Part shown: in pieces, positions 38,978-52,192 of the stretch
Position numbering within the stretch: the stretch's first letter is position 1
Layout: every line of letters starts with the position of its first letter
Source of the DNA: Felis catus
Lineage: Eukaryota
Direction: 5' to 3'
Assembly: GCF_018350175.1 (NCBI RefSeq)
Contig: NC_058368.1
Span: 105,650,001-105,714,000 of the forward strand
Length of the DNA stretch: 64,000 nucleotides
The notes under the pieces: model-generated
What the model saw: the letters and a program-made list of their open reading frames with translations, nothing else
Told to the model about the DNA's origin: nothing
Database searches by the model: none
Program-made: the position numbers and the translations under genes

Positions 38978-39753
38978 AACAAAGCATTTATTGTGTATGG
39001 AATATAGGAGATGTTGTAGGACTGCCTCCTTAAATTTAAAGGCATTCAGAAGAGAAACTCCCCTAATTTCTGACATTAAGAAATTTTTATTTTTTTCCAA
39101 CCCTTTCAGTAAATGTAATCACCATGAAAAAAAGAAAGGTTATAATGGAAACACTTATATTACATGTTTAATGTTCATTTTTAGAAGCGCTCATTCATTC
39201 ATTCTGCAAATAAACATGGAGATTCTATCTTAAGTCAGAGCTCGTAGCTACCAAGAGAACCAAGATGTGGGCCTCTGACCAAGAAGCTCCTAGTCCCGTG
39301 GGGAGAAGCCAGGCCCCTGAGAGGAAGATTACTGTGCCATGTGAGAAGGGATGAGATCGAAGCAAGAAAGGCATCAGCATAATCTTTGAATGTCTTCTTA
39401 CTATGCCTTTTAACATTTAAAAATTAATGCAAAATAATAACTTAATAGTTGCCTTCAAGCTTACCTATTTTCTGTGTATAAAATATAACTCTTACCATCA
39501 TTTGAACTAATAACTTACTTGATACGGAACGCTTTCATACTGATCCAGCTTTTGCCATTTATACTCAACTCATGCACTCAGAGAAAAATAATAGTAAATT
39601 ATAGCAAATGAGCTGTAAATTAATTTATCTATCATCATCCAACTGAGCAGCAATGATGTGAAAAGACAAAAGCTATGGACCAGGCTAACAGATCCTTTGA
39701 CAGAATCTGAGGATGGGCCCTTGTCTCCAAGCCTGACTGGTAATTTTATTCTA

Positions 39754-39936
<183 letters not shown>

Positions 39937-40366
39937 TCACTCACAACAAATACCACCATCGAGAACAAGAGTCACTTCTAGAACTCTCAAATGTGTGATA
40001 CTGTAAGACCCGCAGACTTCCATGCGTCTGTGTGAATTCATACTTAGAGGATAGGCTTCTTGTGACCAGGAGTGTTTTTTTTTTTTTTTTGGCTTTGTTG
40101 TGCAAATGTACTAAAATGTGAGAAGAGTGAGCAAAGCAAGCTGGGGATGACTGCACAGACAGCTTCTCTGCAGAGCAGGCAGATCACTGCCATGGCTCCT
40201 ATCTTTCTGAGTGACAAGCGCTAACTCGGCATCTTGGTAACTGACTGCACATCTGTAATTTTGTAAACTATTCTCATTCAGGTTGCTCCACACTGACCTT
40301 TCTACCAGCTTGTCTCTAAACTCTTTACCTTGTTTAAATCTGGGTGACAATGAGAGGTGCACTCAC

Positions 40367-40435
40367 CTTCTAAGATGATTGTGATGGGGTTAGGTCTGAA
40401 GCCCTCTCCTCCAGGACACAGGGTGTAATATTCAG
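40367..40435 (-). CDS. FBN2: FBN2 exon 38 (TB4 second part)
   Basis: 69 nt, tag|...|gtgag; [23 protein letters not shown]. Confidence 0.95.
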
Positions 40436-40721
40436 CTATAAAACACAGAAGAGAAGAGAGGTGAGATCGATGGTTCAAGTGGCTGAGACAATGAAGAGGC
40501 ATCTTTCAGTTGCTGGGCGCAAAATACACATCCAAAAAGGGGTAAGCTGTATTTTCCTTAGTGCCCTTGCAAATATATTTTAAAAGTATATTACATTTTA
40601 CTTCAGTTACGGTCACTGCTTCAAAAATTACATACACAGAATAACTAAAACCATTTGTTTTTGATTAAAGAAAAAAAAACTTCAGCACAGACCATTTATA
40701 TCGCAACTTTTTTTGCTAGTA

Positions 40722-40752
<31 letters not shown>

Positions 40753-41180
40753 CCCAGAAAGACTCAACAATTCGAAAGTTTCATCTGTGGCCCTATCAGA
40801 ACAGGCATTTCAATGTCAGACATCATTTGACTGACCTCAGGAATACCCCATGTCTAGGAACCCAAACTACCACCAACTCTGAGATAGTCTCAGAAATGGG
40901 CTTTCTTTGTGATTACCACAGAGGACTGATAACATCACCATTCACAATGGATTGTGGTTAAAAAACTTTTTTTTAATCATATCATGGAAAACGAAAAAAG
41001 AACAACTGTAATTCCTTTTATATAAAACATTCTTGGCTGCTTTCAGCATAATCACTGAAATCAGTCCAAAGTCAAACTCGGATCCCTTGCCACAGACCCC
41101 ACCCCCAGCACAAGAATAAAATGGCAACGAGTCTTCAGCCGCCAGTTTGTTCCCTTCCTCTTCCCCAGCTCCATACTCAC

Positions 41181-41342
41181 TGCTGTTGACAGGGGGGCAC
41201 GTCTCACAGGGGTTGCCCCAGGCCTTTCCCAGGGAGCAGCAGCACGAGGAGCGACTGACGCCCACCCCAATCTCGGTGTTGCAGGACAGACTCCCGTCTC
41301 CTCGAGGACCAAACTTCAGGTAGCAGTTGCCTACTCGGTTGT
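41181..41342 (-). CDS. FBN2: FBN2 exon 37 (TB4 first part, integrin-binding RGD at 41296-41304)
   Basis: 162 nt, cag|...|gtgag; [54 protein letters not shown]. Confidence 0.95.
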
Positions 41343-42219
41343 CTGTGGAGCAACACAGGAGCTTAAAACCGTCTGTGCCTTAGCAAGAATTCCTTTTCAG
41401 AGAGAGGTCGTGCAAATGACAAAGTTCAAATTCCACACATTCATTTTAATCTCTAGCACAAAGCAATCTCTAGCTTTAAACCTTTCCAAGATTGCATAGT
41501 AGGAATGAAATTATGACCGACTTTCCTAGGTTCAGAAATCCATACACATCGCTGACAAACAAAATTGTGAGAAATTGTTCAACCGGGACCTTCTCGATCT
41601 TCACTAGTCTGCACGCAAGAAAATTTTGGTATAATCAATTGATATGAATCATAAGTTTATCAATAATGGAAATAAAATCCCGGAGAAGTCAATCAAAACC
41701 TACGTATCCGATCAAAGAAATGTCGATAACTCCATCTCCTTCTTCTCTCCATTATCTGGTTTCATCTTAGTTTGCACAGAGAACATTGAGAGTTTGGGGA
41801 AAGACACTCAGTAGCAACTTTAGAAAGGATACTTAAGACATCAAAGAATCTCAGTCTTCCTCTTTTTCTAATCCATAATTATCATCTAGATCATTAGTTC
41901 CATCACTTTAAATACTGTGTTTTTGCTGAGAACTCTCAAATTTACAGTTCTTTCATCACCCCCCCCCAGAACCTTACATCATTCTGTCAGCTGCCATCTT
42001 GATTTTTCAACCTCAGATAGCTAATAGTTAAACACATCTAAAATCAAACTCTTGATATTCCTTCCACCACAGACAAAATCTACTCTATTCCTCTCCATAT
42101 CTTCCCCAATAAACACCAAGTCCCTCATTTTTTTCAGTTGCTCAAGCCCTAAACCTTGGAGTCAGTCTTTGACTCTTACTCATCTCTTATTCAACCCAGT
42201 AATAAAGTCTGTCACTTCT

Positions 42220-42436
42220 TTTTAATTTTTCATGTTTTTTATTTATTTTTGAGACACAGAGACAGAGCATGAGCAGGGGAGGGACAGAGAGAGAGAGGGA
42301 GACACAGAATCTGAAGTAGGCTCCAGGCTCTAAGCTGTCAGCACAGAGTCCGATGCGGGGCTCGAATTCACAGAGTGTGAGATCACGACCTGAGCTGAAG
42401 TCGGATGCCCAACTGACTGAGCCACCCACGTGCCCC
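42220..42436 (-). mobile_element. CAN-SINE inserted in an L2-like relic
   Basis: 17-bp TSD taaagtctgtcacttct at 42203-42219 and 42437-42453. Confidence 0.9.
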
Positions 42437-43287
42437 TAAAGTCTGTCACTTCTATCTTCAAAATCTGTCTGGAGTCTGACTACTCACCACTGCCTCCATC
42501 TCTACAACTTGAACCAAGCCACCACCGCCGCTCCTGGACCACTGCAAAGGTCTCCTATGTCATCTCTTGATTTCAGTCCTTGACCCAACGACGGTCCACT
42601 TTCCCCACCATACTCAGAGTAACCCTTCAGAAGGACTTCCAATGGCTCCCCTTCTCAATCAGCATAATCTCACGTCCTTACCATGGTCTACGATGTAGAT
42701 TTCATCCCTGGCTGCACACGAGAGTCACTTGGGCAGCCTCTTATTATTTATTTTTATATTTCTCATTTTGTTGTTGTTGCTGATTCAGGTGCGGAGATAC
42801 AAGCTAACTCATGGTTCTGCTCCTACTAGGTTTACATTCATTCATCCCTCCCATTTTCTTTTATCCTTCTTTTCCACTCCCCTTCCACATCCCCTACTCA
42901 GCCATCTGACTGTGTCTAATGGTATCTTTCTGTCTGAGTTCTTGCAAAGGGAGTACTTTTGTTTCCTTGAGCACATCTTAAATTTACACAAATGGTATTT
43001 TGTCACAGATCTCATTCCATTTTTGTTACATTCAATCCGTCAACTCTACGGTGTTCAAGTGTCATTTTTAAAAAATCTATCTACTCTTCAGAAATGGTTT
43101 CTAGGTCCCTGCTACCACAAGTACTGTGGCAGTGAACATCTTTACCCAGGTCTCTGGATGGGCCTCTGAGTTACTTTTGTTGCTGTCTAGCACCAGGACA
43201 CAAATTGCTGGTTCACAGTGTTTCCATATTCTAAGCCTTCAGTATCAGGAACAGAGTCACTGCCATTTACCATCTGTATCTTTCAAT

Positions 43288-43504
43288 TTTTTTTAAAACT
43301 TTTTTAATGTTTTTATTTATTTTTGAGACAGAGACAGAGCATGAGTAGGGGAGGGGCAGAGAGAGAGGGAAACACAGAATCCGAAGCAGGCTCCAGGCTC
43401 CGAGCTTTCAGCACAGAGCCGATGCGGGGCTCAAACCCACAGACTGTGAGATCATGACCTGAGCTGAAGTCGGACACCCAACCGACTGAGCCACCAGGTG
43501 CCCC
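43288..43504 (-). mobile_element. CAN-SINE
   Basis: Reverse-complement SINE; TSD atctttcaa. Confidence 0.88.
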
Positions 43505-45121
43505 AAGCATCTTTCAACTTTTTACAAGTAACTTTGAAAATAATGTACAGAAAAAAAGGCACAGTGGAACAACTTGACCAGAAATTCTAGTAAGAATTTA
43601 ATCCTAACTCAAATTTTTATTCCATATTTTCTTGGTTTTGGAAAGATGTATGCCTGAAACGGTCCTGTGAATGCAACTAACTGCCCACTGGCTGCCATGC
43701 ATGAACCTGTAACAAATCCATTTTGTAAAAAACTGATTCCACGTTTCAAACACATCTGTAATAGCTTCTAGCTTATCATTACTTCTTGTTCTTCTTTTCC
43801 TTGCATCATTTAAAACACAATGCCTGAAGACACTTTTGAAAACTGGGACAGCTCCTTTTTTTGATGAGGAAAGGACAGCTCATTTCTTTGCTCCACAAAT
43901 AAAAATATTTTCATTTTCAGATTTACCAACACCAGCTAGAGTAGTCAATCCAATGATTTTTATTTCTACATACCGTATTTCAATATCCTTTGTCCAAACA
44001 CCTGCCTTCATTGTTAGTCCCCTTAAGAACCTAATCGATTAAACTTGGTGTCTAAAAGAATATAGGGACCTGGGATGATTCAGGTACTTGTAAAATGGGG
44101 CATGTTGAAGTTTTCCCTATTGACTAAGACATGAGAATAGTATATTTCCTCTATCTAAATAAATCTATTACTCACTCTTTTGATTCCTGAATTGGAAAAA
44201 AAATCTCATCTAGGCTATGAGCCTCTGAAGACACACAGCCTAGCATTTTGCTTCTATGATCAATTTCACCATCACCTTTGGAATCTAGACTGTAATCTGT
44301 GTTGTATTCATAACTGATCCACCTGACAGTTGGGAAACATTTTCCACATTCAATTTTCTTCTCTTTGTCATAAAGTGAAACACTTATCAACTCTCAACTG
44401 TGTTCAATACATGCTTCAAGAAGATTCCAAATAGAGTGTCTCTAGCTTTCTTTTATACCTTCTCAAAAGATAATGCCATCCCCTGGGCAACACAGTAAGA
44501 AAATTGGAGGAGTGTTTGACGTTTTATTTCACTACTGTGTCAATCCTTCTAGGTGATGGCATGGTTATCACTTTAGTGTAAATTCATCTTTGTTTTGAGC
44601 ATCACTGCACCTAACTGATGAGTAATGATGAAATAAAACCTAAAATAATAAAATGGCAAAACATTTTAAGACAAAGGAAAAATAAGACCCCTAATATCTC
44701 AGCATGTATCTTAGACTTACAAGAGGGTCCAATGGACCATTATGGTACTTGTGAGACAGAATGAGTCTCTGTTCTTTGGAAGACCTCTAAGAAAAAAAAT
44801 AAGGCCATGAAGCATCAATCCATACAAAGAGTTAGAAACTGCTCTAAAAACAAAATTAAAATCTAAGTTGATTATATCTGGAGGGTTAATGTGGGTGCTG
44901 TTATTCAAAAAAATTCTCTGCAAGGATACCTTGGTCTCCACTTCTAACAGTAGAACAGAAGGCTCCTTAAGGTCCATGTTCCTACCAACACTTTATATTA
45001 TCCAAGTTTCCAAAGTTTTGTCAGTCTTACCAAGTTAGAGTTATATAATTGTTTTGATTTTTTTTCTTATAACTAATGGTTTTGGGCATTTGCTTATGTT
45101 TGTTCACTTTTGAAGCCCTCT

Positions 45122-45140
45122 CTTTTTAAGTTTATTTATT

Positions 45141-45202
<62 letters not shown>

Positions 45203-45377
45203 GGGGCAAAGAGAGGAGGGAGGGAGGGAGGGAAAGAGGGAGAGAGAGAATCCCAGGCATGCTCTGTGCTGTTACTGTGGAGTCCAAAGCAGGGCTCGAA
45301 CCCATGAACTGTGAGATCATGATCTAAGCTGAAATCAAGAGTCAGACACCTGACCCACTGAGCCACCCAGGCACCCC
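45122..45377 (-). mobile_element. CAN-SINE with expanded (GA)n microsatellite (about 45144-45198)
   Basis: Reverse-complement SINE ending gagccacccaggcacccc. Confidence 0.87.
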
Positions 45378-46721
45378 TGGAGTTCTCCTTTTATCAGTTG
45401 CCTGTTCATAGCCTTTGTTCCAACAAAGCTTTTAAGCAACACTGAGTCCCCAGTGACTCAATTTCTGGGCATGGAGCACCATCGTCATATTTTTAAGGTT
45501 CCAAATGGGATGTTACTCTGCAGCTAGGGATGAGAGCCACTTTGTGATCTGGGCTATTGCTCCTTCTCTGACTCCTGTCCTCAAACTGTGCCCACGCTCA
45601 TCCCCACTCACCCTCCTCTTACTATATACACCCTTGCTGCTATGTCTCCAATGCCAGCACTGCCCTCCCACAGCCCTGTGGGACAGGATGTTCCTGTCCT
45701 TCGGAGGCTTCTCCTCTCCAAGCTGCAACTGGCTTGCTCCTTCCCTCATGGATCTGCCCCATCCCAACATAACACAACCCTTCTTCTCCAACAGCCACCA
45801 GTGTCAGGAAGTGCTTCTGCTTTTATCTGTCTCCCTGGCACAAGGACATTAACACGAGAGCAGAGAACATGCTCACTCTGTTCGTGTTGTAGTTCTAGCA
45901 GCTGAAATAGAGGCACTCAATATTTATTAAATGAATGACTCTGAATTAAAACGTCAGAACTTGGGGTATCCATAAATCATAACTAAATGATTATGTATAA
46001 TCATTTGACACTGAAAACAGCGGGTAGACTTCTACTAAAGCAAGGACTTAGTCTTTTTCTTTGGTATTCTCTCAGGCAATTCCCCAGATCATTTACTCCT
46101 CTAGGTAAATGTTCATTGAGATGCTGAAATAGAGCACGCAGCAAAAGGTGGACAATTATCTTCTGATCAGAGACGTCAGGAAAGTTGATGAGAGACTCAG
46201 AAACCTTCGTGACTGCCTTCCTTCCTTGCTTCCCTTCAACCTGCTTTACTCCAGTGGTGGGGCTCATGACATCCAGCTCCAACTCCTCTCTTCTCTTCAC
46301 TTCATTTATTTCCTTTCATGGCCCTTCTCACGGGAAGGAGAAACAGAGATTCCAATGACTCTGCCCTTTGTCCTGGCTAATGCACTGGACAGGGAGCCAG
46401 GCAACTCTCAACACTGCCTCAGCTCTGCCCTTGCAAGCCCTGAGATCCCAAGGAAGTTATTGCACCTCCTGGGGTCCTGGTTCTCAAGTCTGTGAAAGCA
46501 GGAGGAGGTTGGAGCAGGTAGCTCAAAAACTCCTGTTTTAAAAATACTATTAGAAGACAAACACGACAAACGTGACCTTATCTATTGGTAACCTGGAGTT
46601 TCTTAATGGACTCTTTTGTTTTCAAACTAATTGTAGCAAGTACTCATCACAGTGCACTACCAAGAAAGTCTGAGTATTTAACTCTGTATAATTCTGTTTG
46701 TTTCGTATCTCCTTCACTTAC

Positions 46722-46844
46722 CAACACAACCCACACCAGTGGGGTTCAGCTGGAAATCAGGGGGGCAGTTACACTCGTAGCGACCAGGAGTGTTGACACA
46801 CAGGCCGTTGACGCAGTTTATGGGATCTGCACATTCATCAATAT
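46722..46844 (-). CDS. FBN2: FBN2 exon 36 (cbEGF22)
   Basis: 123 nt, tag|...|gtaag; [41 protein letters not shown]. Confidence 0.95.
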
Positions 46845-47407
46845 CTAGGAAAAGCATTTAAAATGTCCACATTAGCATCTTTACTTTCTCTGTGCATGCT
46901 TCTATTTCAAAGAATTTGGTGGAATCATTGCAAATTATTAAAGATCTTTGGGAAAGCCTCAGCACAGTGAGATACAGATCAAATTCCTTGTATATACCTA
47001 CAACATGCAATACCGACCACACAATATTCGTAACAGTATCATTTAATATCTTAATATCTTGAATAATAATTAAATGTTGGAATTCTGAAGAAGAAAAAAA
47101 CACATTACCATCTGCTTAACTAAAATTACATATGTATATGTATATACATACACATGCACATACATACATTTATACAAAGAAAGTTTCCTAGTTTCATGTC
47201 AGATATTTAGTATTAAGTTGCTTATATTAAAAATGTATCAATTCCATAGTTAAAAATAAATGTGTCATAATGTAAATTTCTTTTTCCAAAAGCTGCATAA
47301 TACAAGGTATATAGAAAGCTAAGCAGAAACTTCAGGAATTTGTATACTTAGCACGAAACATTCATCTCAACTAATCCGAACACAATCAAGCCCTTAGCTT
47401 GCAGTAC

Positions 47408-47530
47408 CTGTACAGTTTCCTCCGGTTCTGTCCAATTCATAACCATCATCACAGATACAATGAAACATTCCAGGCAAATTATTACATGTTCCAAACACAC
47501 AAATATTTTGGAAGGAGCATTCATCAATAT
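47408..47530 (-). CDS. FBN2: FBN2 exon 35 (cbEGF21)
   Basis: 123 nt, cag|...|gtact; [41 protein letters not shown]. Confidence 0.95.
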
Positions 47531-48475
47531 CTGAAGGTAAAAAAAGAGTAGTCTCTCATTTACAAAGACATTTTGATTTAATGTATATAATGTTAATAAA
47601 TTTTTCTATCTCCCCAGATGTTGTTTTGCAGTAAAAAATTTTCTGTTTTTTGACTCGGTAGACCACATAAATGGCCAACGACTAATGTTTATCTATGGAA
47701 CCAAGACCGAAAAGAAATATTTTATTTCACTGAGCATTTTAACTATCTTGGGTTATAATATACTTAAAAATGAAGAGTTGGCCTGAGTCATAAAAATAAA
47801 CTACATACAAACATATCAAAGGATTGTAAAAAATTAAACATAAAAACAAATTCCAACATTTTAATAATTTAATACAAAGATGTTTTATAAACATCCACAA
47901 CATACAAAGTATATAACATAATATTTTAAATTTAAAGATATCATTTAAAGTATTCAAGTTTAACTTCTTAAAAACTTTTATTATCCTGTCATCTAATCTG
48001 TTATCATAAACTCAGTGTTAACCAGGGAAATATTTTTTTTCTAATAGACTGTAATAAGATCACCCATTGTCCTACATTCTCACAAATTTCATTAAAATGT
48101 CTCCATTGAAGTCAAAAATTTATGAAACTCTTCCATGAAGCTTTAACTCAAAGTCAAAAAAGAAGTCACCCTTCCTCATTCATATGAAAATGAAAGCATG
48201 TATGTGGGTGTACAGCTGTAGAAATATTCTGTATTTCTACTCCTAGGAAAAGGTTGGACATTTTTGTACACAAATGACCTCATATTCTGAGAATGTAAAG
48301 CAGGTATGTCATTCTAGGCTAGACTACACCAGTCATGCTAACATGAGGTCGAGAGACAGACCTTAAGTTAAAAAAGGTCTGCTGGTCATTCCTGATAGTT
48401 AAAAAATGGTAAGTTTTAACTATATTAGATTTCAAGTTTTGTTCAAACTGTGTTTAAAAGATCAACTGACATATA

Positions 48476-48695
48476 GGGGCACCTGGGTGGCTCAGCTGGT
48501 TAAGCAGCCGACTCTTGGTGTCAGCTCAGTTCGTGATCTCACGTTCGTGAGTTGGAGCCCCACACTGGGCTCTGTGCACAAGGAATGGAGCCCGCTTTGA
48601 ATCCTGTCTCCCTTTCTCTGCCCCTCCCCCACCTGTGCACTCATGCTCTCCGGTGTGTGTACCGTCTCAAAATACATGTTAAAAAATTTGTAAAG
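48476..48695 (+). mobile_element. CAN-SINE
   Basis: SINE head; degenerate TSD aaagatcaactgacatata / aaagaccaaatggcgtata. Confidence 0.85.
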
Positions 48696-49285
48696 ACCAA
48701 ATGGCGTATAAATGTGTCTTTTCTTGTGTTGAGGCTATAAACAAAGTTACTCTCTTTACACAAATGAATAAAAAAGACTCATTTAACGAGTTGATAACTG
48801 AACTGTGTTCCTCTAGAAATGAAAATGGAATTGTATTGTCAGCCCTCTTCAGATTCATTTGACTTTTAAATGACCTTTATTAGAAATAACTTCCATTTAA
48901 CTAATGTAATAATTGTGTGATACTTACATTTACACAAGTGAAAAATAAGGTATTTTAGAAAACTGCCTTTTTTTAAAATTAAAGCGTACTCAAATGTCAA
49001 CAATACAGAAAAGTTCTAGTAGCAAATCGGGAGGACAGAAACAACACAGAAAATAAAGCAGCAAAAGCAGAAAATCACTCAGAAATCCATCTACCCAGAA
49101 TTATGATTGATCAATATTATTCCAAATACTTCTCTCTGCATATTCATAGACTGAAGCTGAGTTTCTATGCATAAGACCAATTTGTATGTATCTCGACAGT
49201 TCCTCACATACTTTCCAATGTTAAGAATTGTTGACACACACTAAAAATTGATCCTCTTTTCCCTTTATGTTAAAATTCAAATATA

Positions 49286-49510
49286 GGGGCGCCTGGGTGG
49301 CGCAGTCGGTTAAGCGTCCGACTTCAGCCAGGTCACGATCTCTCGGTCCGTGAGTTCGAGCCCCGCATCGGGCTCTGGGCTGATGGCTCAGAGCCTGGAG
49401 CCTGTTTCCGATTCTGTGTCTCCCTCTCTCTCTGCCCCTCCCCCGTTCATGCTCTGTCTCTCTATCCCCAAAATAAATAAACGTTGAAAAAAAAAATTAA
49501 AAAAATAAAA
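49286..49510 (+). mobile_element. Young feline-type CAN-SINE (SINEC_Fc-like)
   Basis: Near-consensus head with CpGs intact, long A tail; perfect TSD taaaattcaaatata. Confidence 0.92.
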
Positions 49511-50361
49511 TAAAATTCAAATATAGTTTCTAAACAGTATTAATGGATTCTGTGCTAGGAATGGTAAGAAAATGAGCATTTGCATTCGCTTCCAACTCAT
49601 TTTTGTTATTTCTGTAACTTTCACTTTTTAAATGTTTATGGCATTTACCATAATCTCTGAAGTAATTAGTATTGATTCTTAAGGGAGTAAGGTTTTCACT
49701 GCAACTCTTACATTTATTTCTCAATTGATGGTATTGCATTGCTGATAAGGTTTCTCCCCCCAAGAAGGGAGGGCCCACAGGTGTTTTCTCTCTACATTAA
49801 TTTCCTATGTGACAATATGCCCGTGACTTTATAACTGACTGACTGCTGACGTGGAATATCCTTCAGTCACATGTGACCTCAGAACTCTGTGGACATTGTT
49901 CTCACGTCTTTCAGTATCGAATGATTCTGTTTTGTTCCTGACTTTCCTTTTCTGTCTGGAGCCTGAAGGTTCCTTATCCTTCTCTAAAACTTAAGTCAAC
50001 CAAAGTAATAAGGCTGAGTCCTTTCTTCCATCTCAAGAAAATGTGTGGCTGTTTGGTACTGTTCTCTATTTATTTTGAGCTCTCTACCTCCTGGACGCCA
50101 ATTACACTTGTTTATGGCCCTGGTCTTTTCTCGAATCATGTTAACGTCTTCCTCCTTTCATGTTCCTATGTTTTTGTTCGCCTATTTTTGCCCATTCTCT
50201 ATGCTAGTAGTAATTAAGCTTTCATCTCAACCTTTTCTGTTCTCTGACATCTCTATTCAATAGTTCTCCAATTTTGCTGTGGTGGTACCCGCTTCTTTTG
50301 TTTCCCATACTTCTGCACTTTCCTTTTGTCTTCTCTTATTTTTATAATCTCTTCAAATGTC

Positions 50362-50573
50362 GGGCGCCTGGGTGGCTCAGTTGGTTGAGCATCTGACTTT
50401 GGCTCAGGTCATGAGCTCATGGTTTGTGAGTTCTAGCCCCATGTTGGGCTCTGTGCTGACAGCTCAGAGCCTGGAGCCTGCTTCGGATTCTGTCCCCCCC
50501 TTTCCCTCTGCCCACCTGCCACCGCCCCGCTCACACTCTGTCTCTCTCAAAAATAAATAAACATTAAAAAAAT
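50362..50573 (+). mobile_element. CAN-SINE
   Basis: SINE head and tail; TSD ataatctcttcaaa(t/c)gt. Confidence 0.88.
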
Positions 50574-52115
50574 TCATAATCTCTTCAAACGTGTTCACAC
50601 ATATTTGTGTTTGTATCAAGGTCGTCCGTGGCACAAGGCACCTGTGGGAAATGGGCTTTCTTTCCCCGGGTAGTGTTCTTCGACTCTGGGTTGGTCCTCT
50701 ACCTTTTGTGTGTTCTTTCACTGTTCTTCCACAGGATGCCTGCGTAGTTCATATCACGTATCTTCAAACTGTGTATGCACTGCTTGGTCAGCTCTTCTAG
50801 GAGTTTTATACACTAATACACTTTAGATGGAGTATTTTGATATCCCCTCCCCATCTTTATCTGGGCATTATTTGGAAGACAGGCTGGGGCACAAGTTTCA
50901 TTAGAGCTGCTATTCTGTTAGCCCAAACTTTCCTAAGGCGGAACAGGAGTGGGGACAAAAATGAGAAGAGCTGCCCTGGGCTCTATGTGCCCTCTGCTAA
51001 TGAACCTGGCCTCTGCTCTGTCTTCACACACGATACCAAATGGTGTGCATCCATGTTTACTCCACTGACAGAATCCTAAGCTGTTCCTGAGGAGCTTTCT
51101 CCAGGTTTTATATTCTCCCATTTTGGTGGAGAATATTGAGAAAGGGCCAACTGTACCAAGTGCTTGGACTCTACAGAAATTCTGAGACTGGGAATTGTTC
51201 TGTGGTGAGAAGTAGATGCTGAGGAGAAAATAGTGATCAGAGGGTCACTTCAGAGCGGCATATATTTATAATCAAATAAGAAGACCTGAATAAATTAAAT
51301 TACTGAATTCAGGAGAAACTGTGCAGATGAGACAGATGTTAGAGCCAGGGATAAGACAACTTCAAGGAGAAACAGGCAGAACCATGGAATAACATTTTTG
51401 GGATCTCAAAACCTGGCGTTTAGCAAAGAGGAGCAGGGTGTCACCGAAGATGAACTCCTTGTGAGCCACTCTCCTTGCCCTGGAAGCTGGCATTTCCCTC
51501 CCTGGCAATGACAGACTGTGAAAAACCAACACGTGAGGGAAGGGCAGTAAACACACAGTGTCCAGCCTCACCTCAGGGAAGGTCTGAAAGGGCCAAGGCC
51601 ACAGATAAAGGACAAGAATTATGAAGGAGGAAATTATTACACTCAAAGAATTAATTTTTGAAATTTTCTGTTAGCAAAGTATCTGGCTACTGCTCACTTG
51701 TTCCTTTTCCCACCAACTCTTGTCAAGTGGAGGTGAGCAATAAATCATGTAATCCCAGAACCACACTGACTCACATTTTCTACTAATTGGCTTTGGTACT
51801 TACAAGAAACCAGGACTGGGGGGGGGGGGGAGACTCAATCTACAGTGACCTTGTATGAAATGCATTAGACTCTGCTCAATCTAACAGGTCAACACGGAAG
51901 CATGAATGCTTTCAGTTTGTACGATCTTCCCCAGGGGGTAGTCTTCGTTCTCTTGTTCCGAGTCTCTGAAAATTGGTGGACATTTATGGAAAATGCAGTG
52001 ACCTTTTAGGCACACCTTCTTTCCTTAGCACCACTTCGGGTAGTGAGGCAGAGACAGGCTCTAATTGAGCCATTTCTAGATGGTATAATTGGGTTTTGTT
52101 TGGTTGCTACTGGTG

Positions 52116-52118
<3 letters not shown>

Positions 52119-52190
<72 letters not shown>
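52119..52190. repeat. (GT)36 perfect microsatellite
   Basis: 72 uninterrupted bases of GT. Confidence 0.95.

Positions 52191-52192
<2 letters not shown>

Noticed and set aside
38616..39223. tggagat on both sides of the LSM3 copy as a possible TSD
   Set aside because: Only 7 nt with no adjacent poly(A); could be chance.
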